Assembly (NCBI GenBank): GCA_964016885.1
Contig: OZ024764.1
Location: 4,216,001 to 4,280,000 of the forward strand
Length of the DNA: 64,000 nt
Reading direction: 5' to 3'
Origin: Eledone cirrhosa
Lineage: Eukaryota
Positions 26,440-39,403 of this stretch are shown here, piece after piece (position 1 is the first letter of the stretch; every line of letters begins with the position of its first letter). The position numbers were made by a program, and so were the translations under genes. The notes beneath the pieces are model-generated. The model had not been told where the DNA came from. It did no database searches and was given only the letters and a program-made list of their open reading frames with translations.

Positions 26440-26594
26440 AATTCAATGAGCTAAAGGAACAGATACTGGGCTCTTTATAAATCAATATATACAGATTACA
26501 ACACAAAGATATGTGTTCAATCTCAGGAGATTTAAAACCACCAGAATGATGAACAGGTGGGATCAAAATAGTATCATGTTTATACACAAATAAA
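26440..26594 (-). CDS. Candidate exon (LFVYKHDTILIPPVHHSGGFKSPEIEHISLCCNLYILIYKEPSICSFSSLN)
   Basis: 155-nt open frame with TAG acceptor and canonical GTAAGG donor. Its phase-1 end fits the 15520 acceptor. Confidence 0.33.
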
Positions 26595-26719
26595 CTATAT
26601 TTGTGTGTGTGTGTGTGTGTTTGTATGAGTGCGTGTGTGCCTGAGTGTGTGTGTGTAGAACTATGAACTAAATTCACCAGAACAATATTCTGTTAAATAT
26701 GTATGCATATATGTGTGTG

Positions 26720-26796
<77 letters not shown>

Positions 26797-26809
26797 CAGT
26801 ATGTGTATA

Positions 26810-26931
<122 letters not shown>

Positions 26932-27152
26932 TGCAGGTTCAACCAAAACTGTGTGAATGTATATATAAATATATACACATGTAAACATTTCTTCTTATCT
27001 ATATATTACCTTGTAGATTCTAAACATGGGTGAACAGACTCCTCTTATATATACATATATATATATATATATACACCCATACATATACATATATATATAC
27101 ATGTACATATATATATGTATATGTATATGTGTGTGTGTATTTATGTGTGTGT

Positions 27153-27432
27153 ATCATCATCATCATCATCATTTCATTTTACGTCCGCTTTTCCCTGCCT
27201 GCAAGAGTGGGACGGGAACTGATTCTGGCTTGATTTCTACAGCTGGATGCCCTTCCTAACACCAACCTCATTTACAGTGAGTGCTGGGTGCTTTTTTGCA
27301 GTGGCACCTCCACAACCACTTTGCAGTGGAATGATAGGGACCCCAGTCCCTATCATCTCATTTCTACAGTTGAGTAAACTGGAGCAATGTGAAATAAAGT
27401 GTCTTGTTCAAGGAAACAACACATCACCCGGT
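27153..27432 (-). mobile_element. SINE family B, 5'-truncated
   Basis: Close match to 11488-11765. Confidence 0.85.
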
Positions 27433-27444
27433 CTGTGTATATAT

Positions 27445-27725
27445 CATCATTTCATTTTATGTCCGCTCTTCCCTGCTGGCAAGGGTGGGACGGGTCTTAT
27501 TCAGCACAGCATCTTTCCACTTGTCACGGTCATTCATCACCTCCTCCGTGAGCTTCAGCGATCTCAAGTCTGCTCTCCTCAGCTCCGCCCATGTTTTTCG
27601 TGGCCTTCCTCGACTACATCTTCCTTCTACTTAGATTTCTTGGCATTTCTTCACCCAGCGGTCTCCCTCCATGTGCATCACATGTCCATACCATCGCAGT
27701 CTTCTCTCCTGTACACTACAACTTA
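27445..27725 (-). mobile_element. RTE LINE 3' fragment
   Basis: Reverse complement of the 12760-13040 type sequence. Confidence 0.85.
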
Positions 27726-27736
27726 TCCCTCTTATA

Positions 27737-28875
27737 CATCATCACCATCATCATCATCATCATCAGTTTACGTCCGCTTTTCCTTGCTTGCAAGGGTGGG
27801 ACGGGAACTGATTCTGGCTTGATTTCTACAGCTGGATGCCCTTCCTAACACCAACCTCATTTACAGTGAGTGCTGGGTGCTTTTCTGCCGTGGCACCTCC
27901 ACGACCACTTTGCAGTGTGGGCTGGGTTCTTTTTTGCCGTGCCACCTACACGACCACTTTACAGTGGAATGTCATCTCATCTATTTAAAACTGTATACAG
28001 CTATGGTACGACCACACTTGGAATTCGCATCATCAGTCTGGAACCCCTATCTTGCTCAGAACATTGACCTCCTGGAAACTGTTCAGAGACGTGCAACCAA
28101 GCGCATACCCTCCATCAGACACCTACCATACTCTGAACGCCTTGCTTCCCTGGGCATGGATTCATTGAAGCTCCGACGTCTGGCAATGGACTTGGTGAAT
28201 ACCCACAAAGTTTTTAACCATCTCGCCAATTGCAACCCTGAGCGCCTCTTTGATCTCCATGTGTCTAACACACGTGGACATGCCTACAAGATCAGAAAAC
28301 AGCACAGCTCCCATGACTTTCGTAGACATTTTTTCACGCTCAGAGTTGCTGAAGCATGGAACAAACTGCCTGCGTCAGTTGTTAGCTGCCGAGACACTGC
28401 ATCCTTTAAGACACTCATGCTTCCCGAAATACGCCAAAACTACACCTGATGTACCCCTTCCATACACATGCACACATGTGTGTATCATGACTCGTGCACT
28501 GTTCATTTTACTGATGTTTGTGCATTGCCCTATGTACTGTACATGCACTTTTTTTATGAATTGTGGTGCACCTGGGCACTGTACACAATATTTCATTATT
28601 GTTATCATTATTATATCATGACTCATACACTGTTCATTTTCCTGACATTTGTACATTATTCTATGTACTATACAAGCACCTTTGATGAGTTGTAGTGCAC
28701 CTGAGCACTGTACACAATAATTTCATTAGTATTATTATTATTATTTCTACAGCTGAGAAAACTGGAGCAATGTGAAATAAAGTGTCTTGCTCAAGAAAAC
28801 AACACATCACCCGGTCTGAGAATTGAACTCACAACCTTTCGATTGCAAGGCCAATGCTCTAACCACTAAGCCATG
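27737..28875 (-). mobile_element. SINE family B split in two (27737-27979 and 28742-28875) by a CR1 insertion
   Basis: The intact SINE reads TCATCTCATTTCTACAGCTGAG. Here TCATCTCAT ends at about 27980 and ATTTCTACAGCTGAG resumes at about 28743. Confidence 0.82.
27980..28742 (+). mobile_element. 5'-truncated CR1-type LINE (ORF2 C-terminus, 3' UTR with internal duplication, (ATT)n tail)
   Basis: LYTAMVRPHLEFASSVWNPY...LETVQRRATKRIP...YSERL...TRGHAYKI...FFTLRVAEAWNKLP is the typical CR1 ORF2 end. Confidence 0.92.
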
Positions 28876-28881
28876 TGCCTC

Positions 28882-28965
<84 letters not shown>

Positions 28966-29235
28966 TATATATATGTATGTGTATATATATCTATATATAT
29001 ATGTGTGTATATATATATGACTATATATTTATTATAAGTACGGATTCATCATCATCATCATCATCATCATCATTAAAAGTTTAAGCTAAGAATTTCTGCT
29101 TCCCCCCTCAAAGTTATTATTAGCTTATATTACACACACGTGTGTATATGTGCATATATATATACATATAACACACACACAAACATATATATATATCATT
29201 TGTACTGCCTCTCTGTTTTTTGTTCTCTGTTCATT

Positions 29236-29296
<61 letters not shown>

Positions 29297-29424
29297 TGTA
29301 TGTCACTGTGTGTATATATGTATATATACATATATATGTGAAATTAAAAAAAGAAGACTAGAGATTTTAAACATTATATATATATACACACACACATTTC
29401 TATATATATATACATACACACATG

Positions 29425-29456
<32 letters not shown>

Positions 29457-29630
29457 GGTTGTAACATAGGACATAATATTCACTTGGTGATTTCAGAAGA
29501 ATATAATAATTACTCTAATTGCATTAAAGCAAACAAGGAGTTAATGCACTAAATATATATTTATGTAAACTGCTTATAAATATATATATATATAAATATA
29601 TATAAATATATATGTGTGTGTATATATATG

Positions 29631-29680
<50 letters not shown>

Positions 29681-29979
29681 GTTCAAAAGTAACCAATCTT
29701 AAAGAGAGAGATGGAGATAGTAGAGGAGACAGGAGAGGAGAGATTGGTGAATTAGTTAGAAGCCAAAGCGTAAAGGCATGTGCTCAATGTGCGATATGCA
29801 GTAGAAAGCAGCTAGGTGGCTGGGTTCATGCAGAAGTTAGGTGCGCAGAGCTGGAAATATTCATTAGTTAAGCAAAACAAGACCACAAACTTCACAAGGA
29901 AGACATTATTAAAAGATTGTCAACATATTTTAGTTTGATGTAAGGAATGTAGAGAATAATAATAATATTAATAATAATA

Positions 29980-30388
29980 ATTGTTTCTACTTTAGGCACA
30001 AGGCCAGCAATTACCCAGTGCATTACTGGTACTTTATTTTATCGACCCCGTAAGGATGAAAGGCAAAGTTGACCTCGGCGGGATTTGAACTCAGACTGTA
30101 AAGGGACGTAACTATGCTAGGAAACATGGCGTCCAACTCTCTACCAATACTGCCGATTCACCGCCCCTTAAAATATATATATATAATTGTTTCTAATTTA
30201 GGCACAAGGCCAGCAATTACCCAGTGCATTACTGGTACTTTATTTTATCGACCTCGTAAAGATGAAAGGCAAAGTCAACCTCGGCGGGATTTGAACTCAG
30301 ATATATATATATAATTGTTTCTACTATTGGCACAAGGCCAGCAATTACCCAGTACATTACTGGTACTTTATTTTATCGACCCCGTAAG
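29980..30388 (-). mobile_element. Three tandem SINE family A copies of decreasing length
   Basis: 29980-30168 full, 30187-30300 and 30313-30388 truncated, separated by short (AT)n. Confidence 0.88.
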
Positions 30389-30529
30389 ATATATATATAT
30401 AATGATCAAATGTCAGGTCTTCTGGATGATGGCTGACTCAGGGCTAAACAACATCTTTATTACTGTCCAAACTCCTGAGTAATAAGTCAACTCATTGACA
30501 CACTACTGACAAATTATTGGCCAAGTGGT

Positions 30530-31235
30530 GGGGGTGGGGTGGGGGGTAGTGTGGTGGTGGTGGTGTAGTGGTGGTGGTGTGGTGGTGTGAATGTGGAGGT
30601 GGTGGTGTAGTGGTGGTGGTGTGGTGGCGGTGGTGGTGTGGTGGTGGTGGTGTTGTGGTGTGGTGGTGATGGTGTGGTGTGGTGGTGGTGGTGGTGTGGT
30701 GGTGGTGGTGTGGTGGTGTAGTGGTGGTGGTGGTGTAGTGGTGGTGGTGGTGGTGGTGTGAATGTGGAGGTGGTGGTGTAGTGGTTGTGGTGCGGTGGTG
30801 GTGTGGCGGTGTAGTGGTGGTGGTGGTGTGGTGGTGGTGGTGTGGAGGTGGTGGTGTAGTGGTGGTGGTGGTGGTGTGGAGGTGGTGGTGTGGTGGTGGT
30901 GGTGGTGGTGGTGTGAATGTGGAGGTGGTGGTGTAGTGGTTGTGGTGCGGTGGTGGTGTGAATGTGGAGGTGGTGGTGTAGTGGTTGTGGTGCGGTGGTG
31001 GTGGTGTGGTGGTAGTGTGGAGGTGGTGGTGTGGTGGTGTAGTGGTGGTGGTGGTGTGGTGGTGTGGTGGTGGTGGTGTGGAGGTGGTGGTGTGGTGGTG
31101 TAGTGGTGGTGGTGGTGGTGTGGAGGTGGTGGTGTAGTGGTGGTGTAGTGGTGGTGGTGTGGTGGTGGTGATGTGGTGGTGTGGAGGTGGTGGTGTGGTG
31201 GTGTGGTGGTGGTGGTGTTGTGGCGGTGGTGATGT
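30530..31235. repeat. Degenerate (GGT)n/GTG low-complexity tract
   Basis: Direct inspection. Confidence 0.95.
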
Positions 31236-31408
31236 CAGTGGTGCTGGTAAGTTTCCTCTGCACTATATATATATATATAGCAAAACTAAGTGACCTTGTG
31301 CGTGTAAGTGCACACTTGCTTGTTTATGCGTATGTGTGTGTGTATATATACACACATATATATAGTCATATATACATACACGTGTGTATGTATATATATA
31401 CATACATA

Positions 31409-31440
<32 letters not shown>

Positions 31441-31464
31441 CATACACGTGTCTGTGTGTGTGTA

Positions 31465-31518
<54 letters not shown>

Positions 31519-31523
31519 CATAC

Positions 31524-31554
<31 letters not shown>

Positions 31555-31649
31555 CATATACATACACGTGTGTGTATATATACATATATATATATACATA
31601 TACATACACGTGTGTGTGTTTATATATATATATATATATATACACACAC

Positions 31650-31857
31650 ATGAGATGATAGGGACTGGGGTCTCTATCATTCCACTGCAAAGTGGTCATG
31701 TAGGTGCCACAGCAAAAAAGCACCCAGCACTCACTGTAAATGAGGTTGGTGTTAGGAAGGGCATCCAGCTGTAGAAATCAAGCTAGAATCAGTTCCCGTC
31801 CCACCCTTGCAAGCAGGGAAAAAGCGGACGTAAAATGATGATAATAATGATGATGAT
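31650..31857 (+). mobile_element. SINE family B 3' half
   Basis: GGTGTTAGGAAGGGCATCCAGCTGTAGAAATC...GCGGACGTAAAATGATGAT. Confidence 0.85.
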
Positions 31858-31881
31858 ATATATATATATATATACATACAC

Positions 31882-31914
<33 letters not shown>

Positions 31915-32734
31915 AGTTACAAACACTACTGTGAGCCTTTCAGAAGAAACATTGTGTAAGGAATAAAATTTATTGATAAGTCTTGTTTACTCCATCGTAA
32001 ATTTCTGTTTATATCTATCTATATATATATATACTTTGATCTTAACTCTGTAGCGGAGATTCATTCGGTCTCCTAGTTAAAATTTTAGTCTACGACTTCA
32101 GTTATACCATTTACGTGGTTTTGTCTTTGCGTGCAATTGTTCTCCACGCTCCACATATGACGTATTATCTTCGTTTTTTCCGTTCATTGCCAAAGAACGT
32201 CTCTATGAACCACCTAAGAGAACATTAGTCTACGACCTCTTTTATACCATAAACGTGGTCCTGTCTTTCCGCGTAATTGTTTTTCACCGCTCCTATTAAT
32301 GACGTATTATATTCGTTTTTTCCCGTTCTTTGCCAGGGAACCTTTCCACGAACCAAAGTATCGTCTTCCTGTCTTCCTCCGGTTGCAACGTTTTTTGAAA
32401 TATCCACTTCTGCGTTTACAGATTGCCTTTGTTAGTTTCAGAAGATCCCATTAAGGGTGAAAGCAGCGATTCTTTGCTTAAACTTTAATCTGTTATTTTA
32501 ATAAATATTTTCTCTACGGTTCTTATATATTTGATATATATTTATCCTTATCGATCCCTCTTTGGATTTTAGTCTTCAAATTTATTATTATTACTATATA
32601 TATATATATATGATGGACGAGGTTAAAAGGACTGAGGGCAAACACCTTTCTCTCCGGACAACAACTCATCCCCTTCTTTAAATCCCCATTAGGTGTGTGT
32701 GTGGGAGAACGCTACTGCGGTGTTGTTTTACACC

Positions 32735-33490
32735 CCAAGAAGACTTCTTGATATCAGTGTTGTGGAGGGAGTATGTGGACGCTGGATTTTTCCTCCCAAA
32801 ATGCATGGTGGTACACTTGTCCACAACTAGCTTGAGTTGCCAGTCTGTGATCCATTGCTGCATTGTGTCCAGGTCAGATTGCAGGCAAGATCTATAGTGT
32901 TCAGGATCTGTCCTTTTTATCTCAAGGTACAGCTTGATGTCATCTGTATACTGTGGCATTCTTTAGGTTGTCATCTATGTCATTAATATATGCCACAAAC
33001 AGAAGGGGGCCAAGAACAGATCTCTGTGGTACACCAGATGACATCTCATACGGTGAGGAATGCTGTCCTACAACCATGACTACCTCTCTTTGACTGAGAA
33101 TGAAGGACTTCAACCAGTCGAAAAGATCATCCTTCACACCCATTGCAGAGAGTTTTGCCATAAGTCTTTTGTGTGGCACAGAATTGAAGGCTTTAGCAAA
33201 GTCAAGGTAAACAACATCCACCCATGAGCCGCCATCAGTGATCCAGGTGATGTCCTCAAGAAACTCTATAAGTTGATCACAGCAGCTGGAGTTGGGGATA
33301 AATCCAAATTGCGAGGGCCGGATAAGACTGTGAGAGCTCCAGAAGTTCCAAAGTGTTTCTCTGACACAGGATTCCATCAGTTTGGCAATGCAACTAGTAA
33401 GACTGACTGGACGATAGTTCACAGGTGATGTGCGGTCACCCTTTTTGAACAGAGGAATGACACTGGCAGTTTTCCACTGTTCTGGAGTAG
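32735..33490 (-). pseudogene. CR1-type LINE reverse-transcriptase fragment (frameshifted)
   Basis: WKTASVIPLFKKGD...NYRPVSLTS...QFGF...YLDFAKAF..VPH...GVPQRSVLGPLLF..YIND, then a frameshift to YTDDIKLY...KCTTMHFG. Confidence 0.93.
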
Positions 33491-33499
33491 CACCATTGC

Positions 33500-34180
33500 T
33501 TGCATGAGTGGGACGGGTCCTATTCAGCACAGCATCTCTCCACTTGTCACGTTCCTTCGTCATCTCCTCTGTGAGTTTCAGCAATCTGAGGTCTGCTCTT
33601 ACCACCTCTGCCCATGTCTTCTGTGGTCTTCCTTCCACTGCGATTTCTTGGCACTTCTTTAACCTGCAGTCATCGTTCATGCACATCACATGTCCATACC
33701 ATCTCAGTCTTCTCTCCCGCACACTACAGATTATCCCTATTATACACAGTTTCTCTCTCAACTCATCCAAGCTTGGTCGTACACACACATTGACATTGCA
33801 CATCCATCAGATGTAAGGGATCACAAGCAGGTTATCAAAGAACATAGGTTTTATATGTGGCTGATGCTCAGGTGCAATAAGTAGCAAGTGCCCACAGGAT
33901 ACTAGCTCCTTCTACTGTCCAGATGGTTCTATAGAAATAGTGTAGTGGAGACTTTCTATTACCTGGGTGACAAAATCAGCAGTGGTGGAGGGTGCTCTGA
34001 AAGTACAGTAGCCAGAGTTAGAACGGGACGGAAAAAGTTCAGAGAGCTAGTACCGTCCATGCTTGGTCATTCGTCATTGCTCAACTCGTCCATGCTTGGT
34101 CGTTCACGTACATTGCCATTGCACATCCAATGGAGCATGCTTGCTTCATTTCTCTCCAGCCGTCGCATATCGTCTGCAGT
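33500..34180. mobile_element. Rearranged RTE LINE: 3' part on minus (33500-33810), upstream part on plus (33810-34055), further minus piece (34055-34180)
   Basis: Minus: MCNVNVCVRPSLDELREKL...RRLRWYGHV. Plus: ETFYYLGDKISSGGGCSESTVARVRTGRKKFRELVP. Minus: [19 protein letters not shown]. Confidence 0.82.
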
Positions 34181-34720
34181 TATATATATAACAAACGAAA
34201 ACTATTCTTTGTAATTAAAAAAAAATTTGTTTCTCTAGAATTTTTTTCAAAATGCTGACACTTATGTGTGTATATCTATGCCTGTATATGTGTATATATG
34301 TGTGTGTGTGTATATATGTGTATGTGCATATGCATACATTTATATGTATAAGTATTTAAATATAAACGTGCAAACTCAGACACACTTACAAAAATACACA
34401 CTGTACCACACTACAGTACACCACACACTACTACACACCTCGACATCACACCACTCCACACTACACCGCACCGCACTGCACAGCACAACACTGCACCGAA
34501 CCACACCACCACACTACACTACCACACTACACTACATTACACCACACCACACCACATATCACACCACACCACACATCACATACAGCCAGAAGCAACATAA
34601 CAAACCATTTAATATGTTTCTAACAGTTCCAAATAAAAACACGAAAAACCAATTAGTTTTATAACAAATTCATTATTAATCATTTCTTATAACATCAGGT
34701 TGACTTAAGAAGTCACTTCC

Positions 34721-35008
34721 AAATTGAGAGATCACAGCTCTGATACAACAGACATGTGGTTAGAATGTCTCAGGAAAGAATCTCTAAATTGAGAGATCAC
34801 AGCTCTGATACTACAGACATGTGGTTAGAATGTCTCAGGAAAGAATCTCTGATTTGAGAGATCACAGCTCTGATACAACAGACATGTGGTTAGAATGTCT
34901 CAGGAAAGAATCTCTGAATTGAGAGATCACAGCTCTGATACTACAGACATGTGGTTAGAATGTCTCAGGAAAGAATCTCCTAATTGAGAGATCACAGCTC
35001 TGATACTA
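34721..35008. repeat. 65-bp tandem repeat, about 4.4 copies
   Basis: GAGAGATCACAGCTCTGATAC at 34726, 34791, 34856, 34921 and 34986. Confidence 0.95.
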
Positions 35009-35096
35009 TAAATAATATCAAAATCTCATAGATTCGATATTATATGAGATAATTGTGTGAGATAAAGCCTTTTCTGTGAAAATATAATAGTATCTA

Positions 35097-35960
35097 TCAA
35101 TCTAGGGCGGGTAAAATTCCCGAGATCCATGGACAAGTTCTCTCCAGCGGTCTCTGTCTCTCATCATTACTGCCATGTCCTGCGTCTCCAAGAGGCCAGT
35201 GTCTGTCCTTAGGGCATCGACATATATCAATACGGGTCTCTATCTTTGAGTGTGTCCATGTAGGGGCTCCCACAGGAACACTGAGTGCAATGTCAACTCT
35301 GGTTGTCAGTGAACATGTCCAGCTAACCTCAGTCTCCCTCTTCCAGTGTGTCCATGTAGAGGTTCCCACAGGAACACTGAGTGCAATGTCAACTCTGGAT
35401 GTTGGTGAGCATGTCCAGTTAACCTCAGTCTCCTCTGTGTCACTTTTGAGCTGACTTTTGGGAGGCTCCCGTACAGCTCTGAGTCCTTCATCCCCAGTGT
35501 ATACTGATTAATGTTCAGAGCCATCCTCAGCATTCTCGTGTAGCACCCATCCACCATCTGAGTGAGTTTCTTGGTCAGTGTCCAAGTCTCAGACCCGTAC
35601 AGCAGCACAGACTCCACTACAGCAACGAAGTGATGGATCTTCAGGTCTTTACGAAGGTCTGACTTCCACACCGATCTCAAGCTGTGGCACGCCGCCCAGG
35701 CTTTGCTCTTCTTCTCAACCACATCATCTTCTGTATTCCCAATCTTCGCTCCCAGATACAAGAAGTCCTCAACCAATTCTAGCGGCTCCCCGCCTCCATT
35801 AGTAATCTTCTCTGGCTTCTTAATATTCTCTACCAGATACTTTGTCTTAATCTCATTCATTCTCAGCCCCACACTCATCGACACAGTCTCAACCTCCTGC
35901 ATCAAATCCTCTGACGTCTTCATTGTATTTGTCACCAAAACTATGTCATCGGCTAATTCA
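35097..35960 (-). pseudogene. RTE-clade LINE RT C-terminal fragment (second subfamily) with a 96-bp internal tandem duplication
   Basis: ADDIV...GLRMNEIKTK...FLYLGA...AWAACHSLRSVWKS...LLYGSETWTL...YTRMLRMALNI...RRLRLTGH. Duplicated block starts at 35250 and 35346. Confidence 0.9.
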
Positions 35961-35987
35961 GCATCCGATATTGTTTAATATAGAATA

Positions 35988-36170
35988 ATTGTTTCTGCTT
36001 GTGCCACAAAGCCAGCAATTACCCCAGTGCATAACTGGTGCTTTATTTTATTGACCTCATAAAGATGAAAGGCAAAGTTAACCTCAGTGGGATTTGAAAT
36101 CAGAACACAAAGGGCCATAACTCTATGCTGGAAAACATGGCGTCTGACACTCCACTTATACTGCCAATTT
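35988..36170 (-). mobile_element. Diverged SINE family A
   Basis: GATGAAAGGCAAAGTTAACCTC..GGGATTTGAA motif. Confidence 0.8.
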
Positions 36171-36249
36171 TCCCCCCATTGTATAAATACTAAAGGGTTA
36201 AGCCTTTCTAAATGTCATCACACACAGAACATTGTGGATGGCCAGAGTT

Positions 36250-38130
36250 CTCTCACATCTTTCTGTTCAAACCGGCTGTAACTGACTGCTCATACTGATG
36301 TTAAGGTATTGTTCTCAAAATATACAACATCAAAATCTCATAGATTCGATATTATGTGAGGTAAAGCTTTTACTGTGAAAATATAATAGTATATATAGAG
36401 TAATGTAAATGTTATGTGAGGTATTATGTGAGGTAAAGCCTTTACTGTGAAAATACAATAGTATATATAGAGTAGTGTAAATGTTATGTGAGGTATTATG
36501 TGAGGTAAAGCCTTTACTGTGAAAATACAATAGTATATATAGAGTAATGTAAATGTTATGTGAGATATTATGTGAGGTAAAGCTTTTACTGTGAAAATAC
36601 AATAGTATATATAGAGTAATGTAAATGTTATGTGAGATATTATGTGAGGTAAAGCCTTTACTGTGAAAATACAATAGTATATATAGAGTAATGTAAATGT
36701 TATGTGAGATATTATGTGAGGTAAAGCCTTTACTGTGAAAATACAATAGTATATATAGTGTAATGTAAATGTTATGTGAGATATTATGTGAGGTAAAGCC
36801 TTTACTGTGAAAATACAATAGTATATATAGAGTAGTGTAAATGTTATGTGAGGTATTATGTGAGGTAAAGCCTTTACTGTGAAAATACAATAGTATATAT
36901 AGAGTAATGTAAATGTTATGTGAGATATTATGTGAGGTAAAGCTTTTACTGTGAAAATACAATAGTATATATAGAGTAATGTAAATGTTATGTGAGATAT
37001 TATGTGAGGTAAAGCCTTTACTGTGAAAATACAATAGTATATATAGAGTAATGTAAATGTTATGTGAGATATTATGTGCGGTAAAGCCTTTACTGTGAAA
37101 ATACAATAGTATATATAGTGTAATGTAAATGTTATGTGAGATATTATGTGAGGTAAAGCCTTTACTGTGAAAATACAATAGTATATATAGAGTAATGTAA
37201 ATGTTATGTGAGATATTATGTGAGGTAAAGACTTTACTGTGACAATACAATAGTATATATAGAGTAATGTAGATGTTATGTGAGATATTATGTGAGGTAA
37301 AGACTTTACTGTGAAAATACAATAGTATATATAGAGTAATGTAGATGTTATGTGAGATATTATGTGAGGTAAAGCCTTTACTGTGAAAATACAATAGTAT
37401 ATATAGAGTAATGTAAATGTTATGTGAGATATTATGTGAGGTAAAGGCTTTACTGTGAAAATACAATAGTATATATAGAGTAATGTAGATGTTATGTGAG
37501 GTAAAGACTTTACTGTGACAATACAATAGTATATATAGAGTAATGTAAATGTTATGTGAGATATTATGTGAGGTAAAGCCTTTACTGTGAAAATACAATA
37601 GTATATATAGAGTAATGTAAATATTATGTGAGGTAAAGCCTTTACTGTGACAATACAATAGTATATATAGAGTAATGTAGATGTTATGTGAGATATTATG
37701 TGAGGTAAAGCCTTTACTGTGACAATACAATAGTATATATAGAGTAATGTAGATGTTATGTGAGATATTATGTGAGGTAAAGACTTTACTGTGACAATAC
37801 AATAGTATATATAGAGTAATGTAAATGTTATGTGAGATATTATGTGAGGTAAAGCCTTTACTGTGACAATACAATAGTATATATAGAGTAATGTAGATGT
37901 TATGTGAGATATTATGTGAGGTAAAGCCTTTACTGTGACAATACAATAGTATATATAGAGTAATGTAGATTTTATGTGAGATATTATGTGAGGTAAAGCC
38001 TTTACTGTGACAATACAATAGTATATATAGAGTAATGTAAATGTTATGTGAGGTATTATGTGAGGTTAAGCCTTTACTGTGACAATACAATAGTATATAT
38101 AGAGTAATGTAAATGTTATGTGAGGTAAAG
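36250..38130 (-). repeat. 72-bp tandem array (about 25 copies) with MITE body flank; inverted relative to 19940-21290
   Basis: Same unit on the opposite strand. 36250-36345 is the reverse-complement homolog of 21160-21245. Confidence 0.92.
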
Positions 38131-38233
38131 TCTCAGCTGAAATTGACTCAACAATTGATCTCCACGTGGGTCTGTCGTTCATTGCCGTTGCCAAGTCCTG
38201 GATTTCAATACCAGAATCTCTGGAGATGACATC

Positions 38234-39303
38234 GGGATAGGAGAGCTTGTGGCCCCTGTTATTAGTGACTGTTTGTGTTTTCTATAGCATTAATGGGGAC
38301 ACAGCCTCAGAGGTGGCACGATGGCAGTGACCAGCAAATTGGGATAGGAGAGCTTGTGGCCCCTGTTATTAGTGACTACTTGTGGAATCCAAAGTACTAA
38401 TGGGGACACAGCCTCAGAGGTGGCACGATGGCAGTGGCCAGCAAATCAGGATAGGAGAGCTTGTGGCCCCTGTTATTAGTGACTGCTTGTGGTTTCTAGA
38501 GCACTAATGGGGACACAGCCTCAGAGGTGGCACGATGGCAGTGGCCAGCAAATTGGGATAGGAGAGCTTGTGGCCCCTGTTATTAGTGACTGTTTGTGGT
38601 TTCTGAAGCCCTAATGGGGACACAGCCCTAGAGGTGGCACGATGGCAGTGGCCAGCAAATTGGGATAGGAGAGCTTGTGGCCCCTGTTATTAGTGACTGC
38701 TTGTGGTTTCTGAAGCCCTAATGGGGACACAGCCCTAGAGGTGGCACGATGGCAGTGGCCAGCAAATTGGGATAGGAGAGCTTGTGGCCCCTGTTATTAG
38801 TGACTGCTTGTGGTTTCTGAAGCCCTAATGGGGACACAGCCCTAGAGGTGGCACGATGGCAGTGGCCAGCAAATTGGGATAGGAGAGCTTGTGGCCCCTG
38901 TTATTAGTGACTACTTGTGGAATCCAAAGTACTAATGGGGACACAGCCTCAGAGGTGGCACGATGGCAGTGGCCAGCAAATCAGGATAGGAGAGCTTGTG
39001 GCCCCTGTTATTAGTGACTGCTTGTGGTTTCTAGAGCACTAATGGGGACACAGCCTCAGAGGTGGCACGATGGCAGTGGCCAGCAAATTGGGATAGGAGA
39101 GCTTGTGGCCCCTGTTATTAGTGACTACTTGTGGAATCCAAAGTACTAATGGGGACACAGCCTCAGAGGTGGCACGATGGCAGTGGCCAGCAAATCAGGA
39201 TAGGAGAGCTTGTGGCCCCTGTTATTAGTGACTGCTTGTCGAATCCAAAGCACTAATGGGGACACAGCCTCAGAGGTGGCACGATGGCAGGGGCCAGCAA
39301 ATC
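38234..39303. repeat. 107-bp tandem array (about 10 copies) of LINE coding sequence
   Basis: GGATAGGAGAGCTTGTGGCCCC at about 38235, 38342, 38449 and onward. Confidence 0.95.
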
Positions 39304-39403
39304 TTACTCTCCTCTTACGACAGATATGTGTGGGAGGCCGGCATATATCTCTCTCAAAGTCTGATGTCACCAGCTTTTGTTCTGAATGTGCTGAAGCAGG
39401 CGA

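Noticed and set aside
32940-33803. 287-aa RT ORF as a functional chimeric retroelement
   Set aside because: Chance in-frame juxtaposition of an RTE 3' end and a CR1 RT fragment; frameshifted at the catalytic motif.
36330-38090. 586-aa ORF (and 332-aa ORF at 20112)
   Set aside because: Translation of a 72-bp repeat whose length is divisible by 3; sits in a MITE and has no gene context.
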